The notes: a model not told the origin generated them from the letters alone. Positions 1 through 8,499 are shown, numbered from the stretch's first letter. The stretch: 64,000 nt of DNA from Deltaproteobacteria bacterium RIFCSPHIGHO2_01_FULL_43_49 (GCA_001798075.1 MGRG01000002.1:46631-110630); one strand, 5' to 3'. A program made the numbers and translations.

Positions 1-1
1 A

Positions 2-463
2 AGGGCCTTTGGGCCGGCTATTTTGGAGACTTCCAACAATCTTGGAAATGAAACCGCCGTTGTTTCAAAAGAAAAGATTGTTGAGGTGGTGAAGTTTCTT
101 CGCGACACGCCAGACTTGAAATTTAATTTCATGATGGATCTGGCAGGGGCCGACTATCCGGGTCGCTCTGAGCGCTTTGAAGTCATTTATCATTTCTATT
201 CTTTATCGACGAAAAAAAGAATTCGCTTGAAGGTAAGGGTTTCAGAAGAAAATCTGGAAATTCCATCCATTCACACACTCTATAAAGCGGCCAACTGGTT
301 TGAAAGGGAAGCCTTTGACATGTTTGGAATTCGTTTTCAAGGGCATCCCAATTTAAAAAGGATTTTGATGTTTGAGGAATTTGAGGGATATCCGCTCCGA
401 AAAGATTATCCGGTCAACAAGCGGCCAAAAATTCCAACACCCGATCCACTTATAAAAGTGTAA
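2..463 (+). CDS. nuoC: NADH-quinone oxidoreductase subunit C (30-kDa subunit), 5' partial
   Basis: Frame is open from nt 2 (RAFGPAILETS...), so the TTG at 23 in the ORF track is probably internal. KAANWFEREAFDMFGIRFQGHP motif. Directly precedes nuoD. Confidence 0.85.
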   Translation, partial: RAFGPAILETSNNLGNETAVVSKEKIVEVVKFLRDTPDLKFNFMMDLAGADYPGRSERFEVIYHFYSLSTKKRIRLKVRVSEENLEIPSIHTLYKAANWFEREAFDMFGIRFQGHPNLKRILMFEEFEGYPLRKDYPVNKRPKIPTPDPLIKV

Positions 464-466
464 ATT

Positions 467-1657
467 ATGGATGATATTGCAAAACCGTTAGACTCTAATC
501 CAATGATCTTGAACCTGGGGCCAGCGCATCCGGCTATGCACGGGACATTGCGTGTTCTTTTGGAACTCCAGGGCGAAACGATTATCAATGCCACACCGGA
601 AATTGGCTATCTGCACCGTTGTTTTGAAAAAGAGTCCGAAGTTAAAACATACACTCAAGTCATTCCCTACACCGATCGCCTCAATTATTTGTCGTCGCTT
701 ATGAATAATGTCGGTTACTGCATGACGGTTGAAAAAATGTTTCCTCTGGAAATTCCAGAGAGGGCTCAATGGATTCGAATGCTCATTTGTGAACTCTCCA
801 GAATCATGGATCACGCGATTTGCATTGGGACGAATGCGGTGGATATCGGCGGGCTTACCAACTTTTGGTATCTTTTCAATCCGAGAGAAAAAATAACTGA
901 TTGGGTGGAGGCGTTGTGTGGTGCCCGTTTGACAACAACCTACACACGCATTGGCGGTCTCATGCGTGATGTTCCTCCCAACACCAAATCTTTTTTGAAA
1001 GAGTGTGTGAAAGAGACTTTGAAAGGGGTCAAAGACACGATTGGGCTCCTCAAGAAAAACCGGATTTTTATGGAGCGAACACAAAATGTTGGCGCGATTT
1101 CCAAGGAAGATGCGATCAGTTATGGCTTTACAGGTCCTTGTTTGCGGGCTTGCGGCGTTGATTATGATATTCGAAAAGCCCACCCTTATTATTTTTATGA
1201 TCAGCTTAATTGGGATGTGCCGCTGGGCCGGCATGGAGATTCTTATGACAGACTTTTTGTGAGGTTTGAAGAGATGATCCAGTCTTGTCGCATGGTCGAA
1301 CAGATTTTGGAAAAAATGCCCGAAGGGCCCATCATGACAGACAATCGAGAGGTAGCCCTTCCGGCAAAACATGAAGTATACGGTTCTATAGAAGGGATCA
1401 TTCAGCAATTTAAAATCGTGATGCACGGAATCAAGCCGCCGCCTGGAGAAATCTATTCCTACACCGAAGCGGCCAATGGAGAATTGGGTTTTTATATTGT
1501 GAGTGATGGTTCCGACAAACCGTATCGGATTAAAGTGAGACCCCCTTGTTTTGCTATTTATCAAGCCTATCCCGATTTGATGAAGGGAGCTTTGGTTGCT
1601 GATGCCGTAGCAATTTTGGGCGGATTGAATATTGTGGCGGGAGAATTAGATCGATGA
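467..1657 (+). CDS. nuoD: NADH-quinone oxidoreductase subunit D (49-kDa subunit)
   Basis: LNLGPAHPAMHGTLR near the N-terminus, C-terminal NIVAGELDR, 396 aa, operon position. Confidence 0.95.
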   Translation: MDDIAKPLDSNPMILNLGPAHPAMHGTLRVLLELQGETIINATPEIGYLHRCFEKESEVKTYTQVIPYTDRLNYLSSLMNNVGYCMTVEKMFPLEIPERAQWIRMLICELSRIMDHAICIGTNAVDIGGLTNFWYLFNPREKITDWVEALCGARLTTTYTRIGGLMRDVPPNTKSFLKECVKETLKGVKDTIGLLKKNRIFMERTQNVGAISKEDAISYGFTGPCLRACGVDYDIRKAHPYYFYDQLNWDVPLGRHGDSYDRLFVRFEEMIQSCRMVEQILEKMPEGPIMTDNREVALPAKHEVYGSIEGIIQQFKIVMHGIKPPPGEIYSYTEAANGELGFYIVSDGSDKPYRIKVRPPCFAIYQAYPDLMKGALVADAVAILGGLNIVAGELDR

Positions 1658-2127
1658 ACTTTGAATTCATTCCAGAGAATAAACGAAAGTTTGAGGAATA
1701 TCTCAAACGTTATCCTCAAAAGAAGGCAGTGTTATTGCCGGCGTTGTGGTTAGTGCAAGAACAACAGGGCTGGATCTCGCCGGAGTCGATGGAGTATCTA
1801 GCCAAACTTTTAGATCTCTCACACGCTTATATCTATGAGACCGTCACTTTCTACACAATGTACAACAAAAAACCGATCGGCAAACATCATATTCAAGTCT
1901 GCAACAGTGTTTGCTGTTGGTTGCGTGGCTCTCAAGAAACGGTGGAGCAGATCAAGAAAAAACTCAATATAGAAGTGGGAGAAACAACAACCGACAAACG
2001 TTTTCATCTATCCACGGTTGAGTGTTTAGGTTCTTGCGGCACGGCCCCCATGATGCAGATTAACAATGATTATTATGAAGATTTGACGGAAGCAAAGATC
2101 GACAAGATATTAAAAGAACTAAAATAG
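1654..2127 (+). CDS. nuoE: NADH-quinone oxidoreductase subunit E (24-kDa, 2Fe-2S)
   Basis: Cys pattern CNSVCC ... ECLGSCGTAP. ATGA overlap with the nuoD stop. Confidence 0.9.
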   Translation: MNFEFIPENKRKFEEYLKRYPQKKAVLLPALWLVQEQQGWISPESMEYLAKLLDLSHAYIYETVTFYTMYNKKPIGKHHIQVCNSVCCWLRGSQETVEQIKKKLNIEVGETTTDKRFHLSTVECLGSCGTAPMMQINNDYYEDLTEAKIDKILKELK

Positions 2128-2128
2128 A

Positions 2129-3382
2129 ATGGAACTCATTTTATCAAAAAATTGGGGGGCTCCAAATCGAAGTGCCTATGCCTCTTTGCAAAAGCTTTTC
2201 AAGATGACTCCTGCGCAAGTGATTGAGGAGGTGAAGGCTTCAGGTCTACGTGGTCGCGGTGGGGCCGGTTTTTCGGCAGGTGTCAAATGGGGTTTTATTC
2301 CCAAAGACACAAAAAAACCGATTTATCTGATTTGTAATTTTGACGAAAGCGAGCCGGGAACCTTCAAAGACAGAGCGATTGCCGAAAAAGATCCCCACAT
2401 GATGATTGAAGGGATGATTATTGCGGCCTATGCAATCGGTGCCCACACAGCCTACATTTATATCCGCGGTGAATTTTACAAACAGTGGGAGATTGTAGAA
2501 GCTGCACTCAAAGAGGCCGCCGCAAAAGGATTTTTGGGAAAAAATATTTTGGGATCCAAATTTGATCTTGATATTTATCAGCATAGAGGTGCGGGCGCCT
2601 ATATTTGTGGGGAAGAGACAGCCCTTTTGTCTTCGCTGGAAGGTGGAAGGGGTTATCCCAGAATCAAGCCCCCCTTTCCGGCGATTGAAGGGGCATGGGG
2701 TTGCCCAACCATTGTGAACAATGTAGAGACCCTTTCAAATCTTCCCTACATTATTAATAACGGTGCCGCCGCTTTCAAAAAATTTGGGACAGAAAAAAGT
2801 TCTGGTACGAAATTAATTTCGGCCTCAGGCCACATCAACAAGCCGGGAGTTTATGAAGTCGAAATGGGGCTTCCTATTCGGACTTTTGTGGAGGAGTATT
2901 GTGGTGGTGTGTGGAAGGGCCGGAAATTAAAAGGGTTGGTGCCGGGTGGTTCTTCGTTTCCCGTTTTGACTGCAGAGGAAGCCTATAATGTGAATCTCGA
3001 TTTTGAATCGTGTGCGGCCGCCGGTACTTCGCTGGGTTCCGGTGGTTTTTATGTGATGGATGAAACGACCTGCATGGTCCGCATGTTACAATTTACTGCC
3101 AAATTTTATGAACATGAATCGTGTGGGCAGTGCACGCCATGCAGAGAGGGAACCGGTTGGGTTTCCCAAATTGTCAAAAGAATTGAAGAGGGAAACGGCC
3201 GCGATCGTGATTTGCAACTCTTGATTGATGTGTCCAATAACATGATGAATGGAAGAACAATTTGTGTTTTTGCCGATGCGCTGGCGATGCCGGTGATTAG
3301 TTATGTGACAAAGTTTAGAAAAGAATTTGAAGAGCATGTCCGTTTGGGAAAATGTCCGTACGCTAGTACGATGGTACGCTAG
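2129..3382 (+). CDS. nuoF: NADH-quinone oxidoreductase subunit F (51-kDa, FMN/NADH site)
   Basis: GLRGRGGAGF, YICGEETALL and ESCGQCTPCREG motifs. The stop TAG at 3380-3382 lies inside a 16-nt tandem duplication. Confidence 0.95.
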   Translation: MELILSKNWGAPNRSAYASLQKLFKMTPAQVIEEVKASGLRGRGGAGFSAGVKWGFIPKDTKKPIYLICNFDESEPGTFKDRAIAEKDPHMMIEGMIIAAYAIGAHTAYIYIRGEFYKQWEIVEAALKEAAAKGFLGKNILGSKFDLDIYQHRGAGAYICGEETALLSSLEGGRGYPRIKPPFPAIEGAWGCPTIVNNVETLSNLPYIINNGAAAFKKFGTEKSSGTKLISASGHINKPGVYEVEMGLPIRTFVEEYCGGVWKGRKLKGLVPGGSSFPVLTAEEAYNVNLDFESCAAAGTSLGSGGFYVMDETTCMVRMLQFTAKFYEHESCGQCTPCREGTGWVSQIVKRIEEGNGRDRDLQLLIDVSNNMMNGRTICVFADALAMPVISYVTKFRKEFEEHVRLGKCPYASTMVR

Positions 3383-3392
3383 TACGATGGTA
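3358..3392 (+). repeat. Tandem duplication of the 16-mer GTACGCTAGTACGATG (2 copies plus GTA) at the nuoF/nuoG junction
   Basis: Copies at 3358-3373 and 3374-3389 are identical. The second copy supplies the nuoF stop TAG and the nuoG ATG. Confidence 0.9.
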
Positions 3393-4916
3393 AAAATAAA
3401 AATAAACAATAAGGAAGTTGAGGTAGCGGAGGGGACGACGGTTTTGAAGGCAGCGCTGGCCAACAAAGTTGATATCCCTTATTTTTGTTATCACCCCAAA
3501 CTCTCGATTTCCGGCAATTGCCGCATGTGTCTGGTCAACATCAAGGGCCAGAACAAACCGGTCATTTCTTGTCGCGAAAGAGTGCGGGAGGGGATGGAGG
3601 TTGATACCAAATCAGAAGAAGTCAAAAAAATGCAGCAGGGAGTTTTAGAGTTTATTTTGGTCAATCATCCTTTGGATTGTCCTATCTGTGATCAATCGGG
3701 TGAGTGCGATCTGCAGGATAATTATTTTAAATTTTCGAAATTTCCCTCCCGCCTGGAAGATCAAAAAATCCATAAACCCAAAGTCAAATCACTGGGTCCT
3801 CTGGTCACACTTGATGATGAGCGCTGCATTGTCTGCACGAGATGTGTGCGATTTTGCGATGAGGTAGCAGGCACTCATGAACTTTGTGTGACCGAGCGTG
3901 GAGGACACTCCGAACTGACGACTTACCCTGGAAAAGAGTTAAAAAATCCTTATTCACTTTGCACAGTCGATGTTTGCCCCGTGGGAGCACTCACTTCCAC
4001 CGATTTTCGTTTCAAAAAACGGGTCTGGTTTTTGAAAACGACCCCTTCAATTTGTACCGGCTGTGCCACCGGCTGTAACATCAAGATGGATTGGGATGAT
4101 TCGGTGGTTTATCGCTACCGTCCCAGAGAAAATGAGGCGGTCAACCAATGCTGGATGTGCGATGAAGGAAGGCTTTCCTATAAATTTATTAATGATGCGA
4201 ACAGGGTTTTTGAACCTTTGCTCAAAAAACATGGGGAGTTTGAAGAAATAACTTGGGAAGGGGCTCTCAAACATATCGCTGATATTTGCTATGAAAATCC
4301 CAAGGTTCATTATATCGGTGTTTTATCGGCTCAAGCCAGCTGCGAAGAAAATTTCACCCTCCATTCCTTTTTGAAAAATGTTTTTCCAAAAGCCCAATTT
4401 TTGACGACAAAAAAAGAAGTGCCACACCCATCCCACGATGAATTTTTAATCGATGCGGACAAAAACCCCAATTCAAATTTTTTAGAATTGCTTGAAATTA
4501 AAGAAGCAGATGATTTTGCAAAAGAAGGGATATATTTTGTTTTGGAACATTTAACGAATGCTCAGAAAGAGGCCTTGATTATGGCCAAGCCAAAGATGGT
4601 TGTTTGGCTGGCCTCAAACTTAGGGGACGTTTCCCTTGCAGGGGGAACGTCCCCTAAGTTGTCCCCTCCGTTGTGGGCCGATGTGATTTTGCCAAAACCG
4701 ACTTTTGCAGAACAAGAAGGACACTTTATTAACAGACAAAAAAGACTTCAGAAAGCAAACAAGGCCTTCGAACCAAAGGGTCATGCGAGGCCTGTTTGGA
4801 TGGCTCTAGCAGAGCTTTCCAGAAAATTGGATAAGCCATTGGATTGGAATTCTTACCCAAATGTTTTTAAAGAAATGAGTCAGGAACTAAAATGGATTAC
4901 GCAATTGCAGCGCTAA
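3387..4916 (+). CDS. nuoG: NADH-quinone oxidoreductase subunit G (short form, 2Fe-2S plus 4Fe-4S N-terminal module)
   Basis: MVKIKINNKEVEV start at ATG 3387; the ORF-track start 3327 overlaps nuoF. CRMCLV, HPLDCPICDQSGECDLQ, CIVCTRCVRFC and CPVGALTS motifs. Carries an in-frame palindrome at 4618-4659. Confidence 0.85.
   Translation: MVKIKINNKEVEVAEGTTVLKAALANKVDIPYFCYHPKLSISGNCRMCLVNIKGQNKPVISCRERVREGMEVDTKSEEVKKMQQGVLEFILVNHPLDCPICDQSGECDLQDNYFKFSKFPSRLEDQKIHKPKVKSLGPLVTLDDERCIVCTRCVRFCDEVAGTHELCVTERGGHSELTTYPGKELKNPYSLCTVDVCPVGALTSTDFRFKKRVWFLKTTPSICTGCATGCNIKMDWDDSVVYRYRPRENEAVNQCWMCDEGRLSYKFINDANRVFEPLLKKHGEFEEITWEGALKHIADICYENPKVHYIGVLSAQASCEENFTLHSFLKNVFPKAQFLTTKKEVPHPSHDEFLIDADKNPNSNFLELLEIKEADDFAKEGIYFVLEHLTNAQKEALIMAKPKMVVWLASNLGDVSLAGGTSPKLSPPLWADVILPKPTFAEQEGHFINRQKRLQKANKAFEPKGHARPVWMALAELSRKLDKPLDWNSYPNVFKEMSQELKWITQLQR
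4618..4659 (+). repeat. P-type palindromic element (GGGGACGTT...AACGTCCCC), in frame inside nuoG
   Basis: ACTTAGGGGACGTTTCCCTTGCAGGGGGAACGTCCCCTAAGT. Near-perfect inverted repeat, encodes NLGDVSLAGGTSPKLS. Confidence 0.85.
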
Positions 4917-6148
4917 AAACAGCTTCGATCTTTCTTGTTGTGATCAGCATCGTACCCGTCTTGATCTGGCTGGAGCGAAAAGGTGCGGCCTATATCCAAG
5001 ATCGTCGTGGCCCCAATCGCGCCGCTATTTTGGGTGTGAGGCTGGGTGGGCTGATCAACAGTTTGAATGATGTCGTCAAACTTTTGTTCAAGGAAGATAT
5101 CATTCCAGCCAATGTCAACAAGCCCCTTTTTATTTTGGCTCCGATGATCGCCTTTTTTGTGGCAACGATTACTTTGGCGGTTATACCGTTTGCAGATCCA
5201 ATTCAGCTTGGTTCGACAAAACTTCTTCTGCAGGTCGCCGATTTGGATGCGGGGCTTTTGTATGTTTTTGCCGTCTCCAGTTTGGGAGTTTATGGTGTTA
5301 TGCTTGCCGGATGGGCAGCCAATAACAAATATTCACTTCTGGGAGGGTTGCGATCTGCTGCCCAGATGGTTAGCTATGAAGTTTCTTTGGGACTGGCTGT
5401 TGTAGGGATTTTTTTGATGGCGGGATCTTTGAAATTGACTGACATTGTGGCTTATCAGGGTTCTAACTTGTTTCATTGGAATATTTTGCTTCAGCCGGTT
5501 GCCTTCTTTATTTTTCTGACGGCGTTGTTTGCAGAGACCAATCGTTTGCCTTTTGATCTACCAGAAGGAGAATCCGAACTGGTTGCCGGTTTTCATGTTG
5601 AATACTCCAGCATGAAGTTCGCCCTCTTTTTTATGGCGGAATACGCCCATATCATTGTCGGCTCTTGTATCATTACAACTTTATTTTTTGGAGGCTGGCA
5701 TATTCCATTCGTTCCTGTCGATTTGATTCGGATGAATGCAGAACTCGTTGCACAGGGTTTGTGGATTGGTTTTGCTATTTTTTCAATCCTGGGTGGCGGG
5801 CTTTTGGTTAGGCGTTTCAAAAAAGGTAAGTATGGAGATTTGAGGGATTACGAGCCATTAGTGATTGGGGCACCAGGAATCCTGATAGGCTTTGCTCTCT
5901 TAGGTTTGTTTGCGATCTTCGCACAAGACTGGGAATTTCTTCCTTGGGGTAAAAATATTTTTATTGCCACCCTTCAAGCCGGTGTTTTTTTAGCGAAAGT
6001 TTTATTTTTCTGTTTCTTTTTTATCTGGGTGCGCTGGACGCTTCCCCGATTTCGCTATGATCAGTTGATGCGTTTGGGTTGGAAAGTGATGTTGCCCTTG
6101 GCATTGATAAATATTTTGGTGACGGGGTGGGTTGTTTTGCAAAGTTAA
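4892..6148 (+). CDS. nuoH: NADH-quinone oxidoreductase subunit H (ND1 homologue), long form
   Basis: LIWLERKGAAYIQDRRGPNR, AETNRLPFDLPEGESELVAGFHVEYS and RWTLPRFRYDQLM motifs. At 418 aa it is longer than the roughly 330 aa I recall as typical, with an extra hydrophobic segment before the last helices. Confidence 0.9.
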   Translation: MDYAIAALKTASIFLVVISIVPVLIWLERKGAAYIQDRRGPNRAAILGVRLGGLINSLNDVVKLLFKEDIIPANVNKPLFILAPMIAFFVATITLAVIPFADPIQLGSTKLLLQVADLDAGLLYVFAVSSLGVYGVMLAGWAANNKYSLLGGLRSAAQMVSYEVSLGLAVVGIFLMAGSLKLTDIVAYQGSNLFHWNILLQPVAFFIFLTALFAETNRLPFDLPEGESELVAGFHVEYSSMKFALFFMAEYAHIIVGSCIITTLFFGGWHIPFVPVDLIRMNAELVAQGLWIGFAIFSILGGGLLVRRFKKGKYGDLRDYEPLVIGAPGILIGFALLGLFAIFAQDWEFLPWGKNIFIATLQAGVFLAKVLFFCFFFIWVRWTLPRFRYDQLMRLGWKVMLPLALINILVTGWVVLQS

Positions 6149-6549
6149 GGGAATAATAAAGAGCAGCCACCTATCTTTTCTATCCAAATAAAATGCTTGT
6201 CTAGACTGAAAACATTGGCAGAAGAACTTTTGGCCAGACTTGCAATGTAACAATCGGTGAGATTAATTTTCTTACCAGTCTGTCTTAATCTTAAAGAAAG
6301 CTCTCCAGCCTCTTGCCAGTGTGTGTCGTTGCCTTGAATCCAATAAAGCGGTTTGAAATATTCTTTAAGTTTTTTGACTTCTTTTTCACCCCGCGAGCCT
6401 TGGACTAGTTCAGCCTGAATAATAGCAGCCGTGGCGACTTGGGCATTATCCAATAATGTGTCTACTGTTTGTTCGAGTTCAATGTTTTTCTTCAAGAAAT
6501 AGTCGATCCAGACGGAGGTATCAATCAAAACAAGATTATCTTTGGGCAT
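6145..6549 (-). CDS. vapC: PIN-domain ribonuclease toxin (VapC family)
   Basis: MPKDNLVLIDTSVWIDYF start typical of PIN toxins, taken at the internal ATG 6549, which overlaps the vapB 3' end by 14 nt. Its stop overlaps the nuoH stop in a shared TTAA. Confidence 0.8.
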   Translation of the reverse strand: MPKDNLVLIDTSVWIDYFLKKNIELEQTVDTLLDNAQVATAAIIQAELVQGSRGEKEVKKLKEYFKPLYWIQGNDTHWQEAGELSLRLRQTGKKINLTDCYIASLAKSSSANVFSLDKHFIWIEKIGGCSLLFP

Positions 6550-6733
6550 GACGGATCTCGTCGGCCGAAAGGTCAAACTTGAGTTTTCCTTTTAGGTCTT
6601 TTATTTTTGCTATTTGATGACGCCTTAGATAATCTTGGATGGCAGTCATGACCGCTTTCGCCTTTGTATTAGCTCGACTGACTTGTTGAAGGGTTTGGAG
6701 CACCTTACTGTCCAATGTAACTGTTGTGCGCAT
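6536..6733 (-). CDS. vapB: Type II antitoxin (VapB/DUF2191-like)
   Basis: 65 aa, MRTTVTLDSKVLQTL... start typical of small antitoxins. Lies immediately upstream of and overlapping vapC. Confidence 0.6.
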   Translation of the reverse strand: MRTTVTLDSKVLQTLQQVSRANTKAKAVMTAIQDYLRRHQIAKIKDLKGKLKFDLSADEIRHAQR

Positions 6734-6948
6734 TGTATAGGAATTATGTGCATTTTTTTAAGAAATGTCAATCAAAATTCAATAGAAATTGTGCACTTTT
6801 TAACCTAAGAGTAGAGCGTTGTTTATACAGCACTGAAAAATTGGAATGCCAAGTTTTCATTTACATATCTAGGTAAGGGAAATGGAGTGTAGGGGATACA
6901 GTTTTTAAAATATTTTTAGAAGCATAACCCATTGAAATTATTTGACTT

Positions 6949-6964
6949 CTCTCTCTCTCTCTCT
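6949..6964. repeat. (CT)8 dinucleotide repeat
   Basis: Uninterrupted CT run about 85 nt upstream of ORF 7048. Confidence 0.9.
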
Positions 6965-7047
6965 GCCTGTAATCCCACGCAACTTTTTTTGATTTCGGAC
7001 GATAACTAGTGTAGAAGGCAAACACGTTTAAAAACAAGGAGGTATTT

Positions 7048-7503
7048 ATGGCCAACGCAATTATTACAAACGCTACAGCAAAAATTGCTAGGGACGTGAA
7101 CCAAGATGGGTACGCCGACATTGTTACACTCCGTTTTGATCTGGATGAATCACAGAAAATCAAAGCCGCTTCAGTGACGGATGTCGAATACGGAACAAAA
7201 GTTGCAGGCGAATTCAAACGTCTAGAGGACCCTGTATTTAGAAATGGCAATGCTTTGTTCCAAAAGGGTATAAGAGCCCAAATAGGTGATGATAGACAAA
7301 GCACTAGTCCTATTGAAGCAATTCTTCTGCGGGTAGAGTCACGTCTAGATAACCCAAAAAAATTCGTAGATCTAGAAGAAGTAATAATTAATGGCGCCAA
7401 AGTCTATGTGGATATATTAGTGGAAATTAAACTAAAAGCGTGGCCAGAGTTACATAATATTGACGGTATGCAGCCAGTCGATAATATTAAATTGACAAAC
7501 TAG
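7048..7503 (+). CDS. Hypothetical protein (ORFan, no Cys, no TM segment)
   Basis: Strong SD AAGGAGG 7 nt upstream of the ATG. 151 aa with no recognisable motif. Occupies the slot where nuoI is expected. Confidence 0.6.
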   Translation: MANAIITNATAKIARDVNQDGYADIVTLRFDLDESQKIKAASVTDVEYGTKVAGEFKRLEDPVFRNGNALFQKGIRAQIGDDRQSTSPIEAILLRVESRLDNPKKFVDLEEVIINGAKVYVDILVEIKLKAWPELHNIDGMQPVDNIKLTN

Positions 7504-7586
7504 GATTGTACAACAAATAGCCGCTACTTTCCGCCTGAAATCCTACCTTGATTTAGCATCGAAAGTTCGTTACCTAGCCATCCCTG

Positions 7587-8084
7587 ATGATGGAACCGAT
7601 TTTCTTTTATGGTTTTGGGGGGTTGGCGGTGGTCACAGCACTGTTGATGGTGACCAGGGTCAATCCAATTGCCTCGGCGGTTTGGCTGGTGGTCTGCTTT
7701 TTTGCCTTTGCCGCACTTTTTATAACGTTGGAAGCCCATTTTATTGGGGTCATTCAAGTGCTACTCTATGCTGGCGCCATCATGGTTTTGTTTATCTTTG
7801 TGATCATGCTTTTAAATATTGGAGCGGAAGAGCTCAAAGCAAGAACGATGCAGTTTTCAGGACTTTTGGGAGGATTAGTTACTATCTACCTCATTGTTTT
7901 GATCACACTGGGGCTTCTCAAAAATCCAGTCAGATTTTTTGAACCTTTGACGGAAGGGTACGGCTACGTTGCCCCCGTTGGACGATTATTGTTTACAAAA
8001 TATTTAGTGCCGTTTGAGCTGACATCCGTTTTACTTTTGGTTGCAATCGTAGGGTCAGTAGTGATGGGGAAGAGGAAGCTGTAA
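7587..8084 (+). CDS. nuoJ: NADH-quinone oxidoreductase subunit J
   Basis: 165 aa polytopic membrane protein in operon position before nuoK. VLLYAGAIMVLFIFVIMLL segment typical of ND6/NuoJ. Confidence 0.85.
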   Translation: MMEPIFFYGFGGLAVVTALLMVTRVNPIASAVWLVVCFFAFAALFITLEAHFIGVIQVLLYAGAIMVLFIFVIMLLNIGAEELKARTMQFSGLLGGLVTIYLIVLITLGLLKNPVRFFEPLTEGYGYVAPVGRLLFTKYLVPFELTSVLLLVAIVGSVVMGKRKL

Positions 8085-8098
8085 AAAATTAGAAATGA

Positions 8099-8167
8099 AA
8101 AATCAAAAACCAAAAATACAAACTAAGAATAAAAGTTTTTTGTTTTTAATATGTGTTTTTGGTTTTT
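8099..8167. repeat. Inverted pair of degenerate AAAAYCA-type heptamer arrays in the nuoJ-nuoK spacer
   Basis: AAAATCA AAAACCA AAAATAC AAACTAA at 8099-8126. The arm 8105-8120 pairs with 8152-8167 (TGTGTTTTTGGTTTTT) with one mismatch. Confidence 0.7.
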
Positions 8168-8191
8168 AACTTTTAATTTTTTATTTAGTTC

Positions 8192-8497
8192 ATGATGATT
8201 ACGTTAACACATTATTTAATTTTGGCTGCGGTGCTTTTTTGCATTGGTGTTTTTGGTGTTGTGGTGCGTCGCAATATCCTCATTATTTTTATGTCGATTG
8301 AATTGATGCTCTCTGCCGTCAATTTAGTTTTTTTATCTTTTTCCCGTTATTTAGGAACTCAAGATGGCCATGTCTGGGTCTTCATGGTTTTAACCGTGGC
8401 AGCAGCAGAGGCTGCAGTGGGGTTGGGAATCATTGTGGCCCTGTTTAGAAATAAACAGACTATCTATGTGGATGAAGTCAAAGAGTTAAAAGGTTAA
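8192..8497 (+). CDS. nuoK: NADH-quinone oxidoreductase subunit K
   Basis: 101 aa with three TM helices. [10 protein letters not shown] and [11 protein letters not shown] motifs of ND4L/NuoK. Confidence 0.9.
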   Translation: MMITLTHYLILAAVLFCIGVFGVVVRRNILIIFMSIELMLSAVNLVFLSFSRYLGTQDGHVWVFMVLTVAAAEAAVGLGIIVALFRNKQTIYVDEVKELKG

Positions 8498-8499
8498 AA

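Noticed and set aside
1-51. Frame-1 ORF at the window start (KGLWAGYFGDFQQSWK*) as the nuoB C-terminus
   Set aside because: The other frame (from nt 2) continues the NuoC homology upstream of the annotated TTG. The short peptide has no NuoB-like features, so it cannot be supported.
488-1564. 358-aa ORF antisense to nuoD, with similar long antisense ORFs at 9304-9942 in nuoL, 10781-11197 in nuoM and 18852-19268 in metG
   Set aside because: These are shadow ORFs opposite strongly supported genes. They have no motifs and their composition (Arg/His/Phe-rich) is typical of antisense translation.
6861-7400. 179-aa minus-strand ORF overlapping the ORFan at 7048-7503
   Set aside because: The plus-strand ORF has a strong AAGGAGG SD and a cleaner composition. 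The minus-strand ORF is Ser/Arg-rich, runs through the (CT)8 tract and has no RBS.
7575-7600. CTGATGA string before nuoJ as a hammerhead ribozyme core
   Set aside because: No GAAA core element or helices I to III can be drawn around it. It is simply the sequence around the nuoJ start (ATGATGG).
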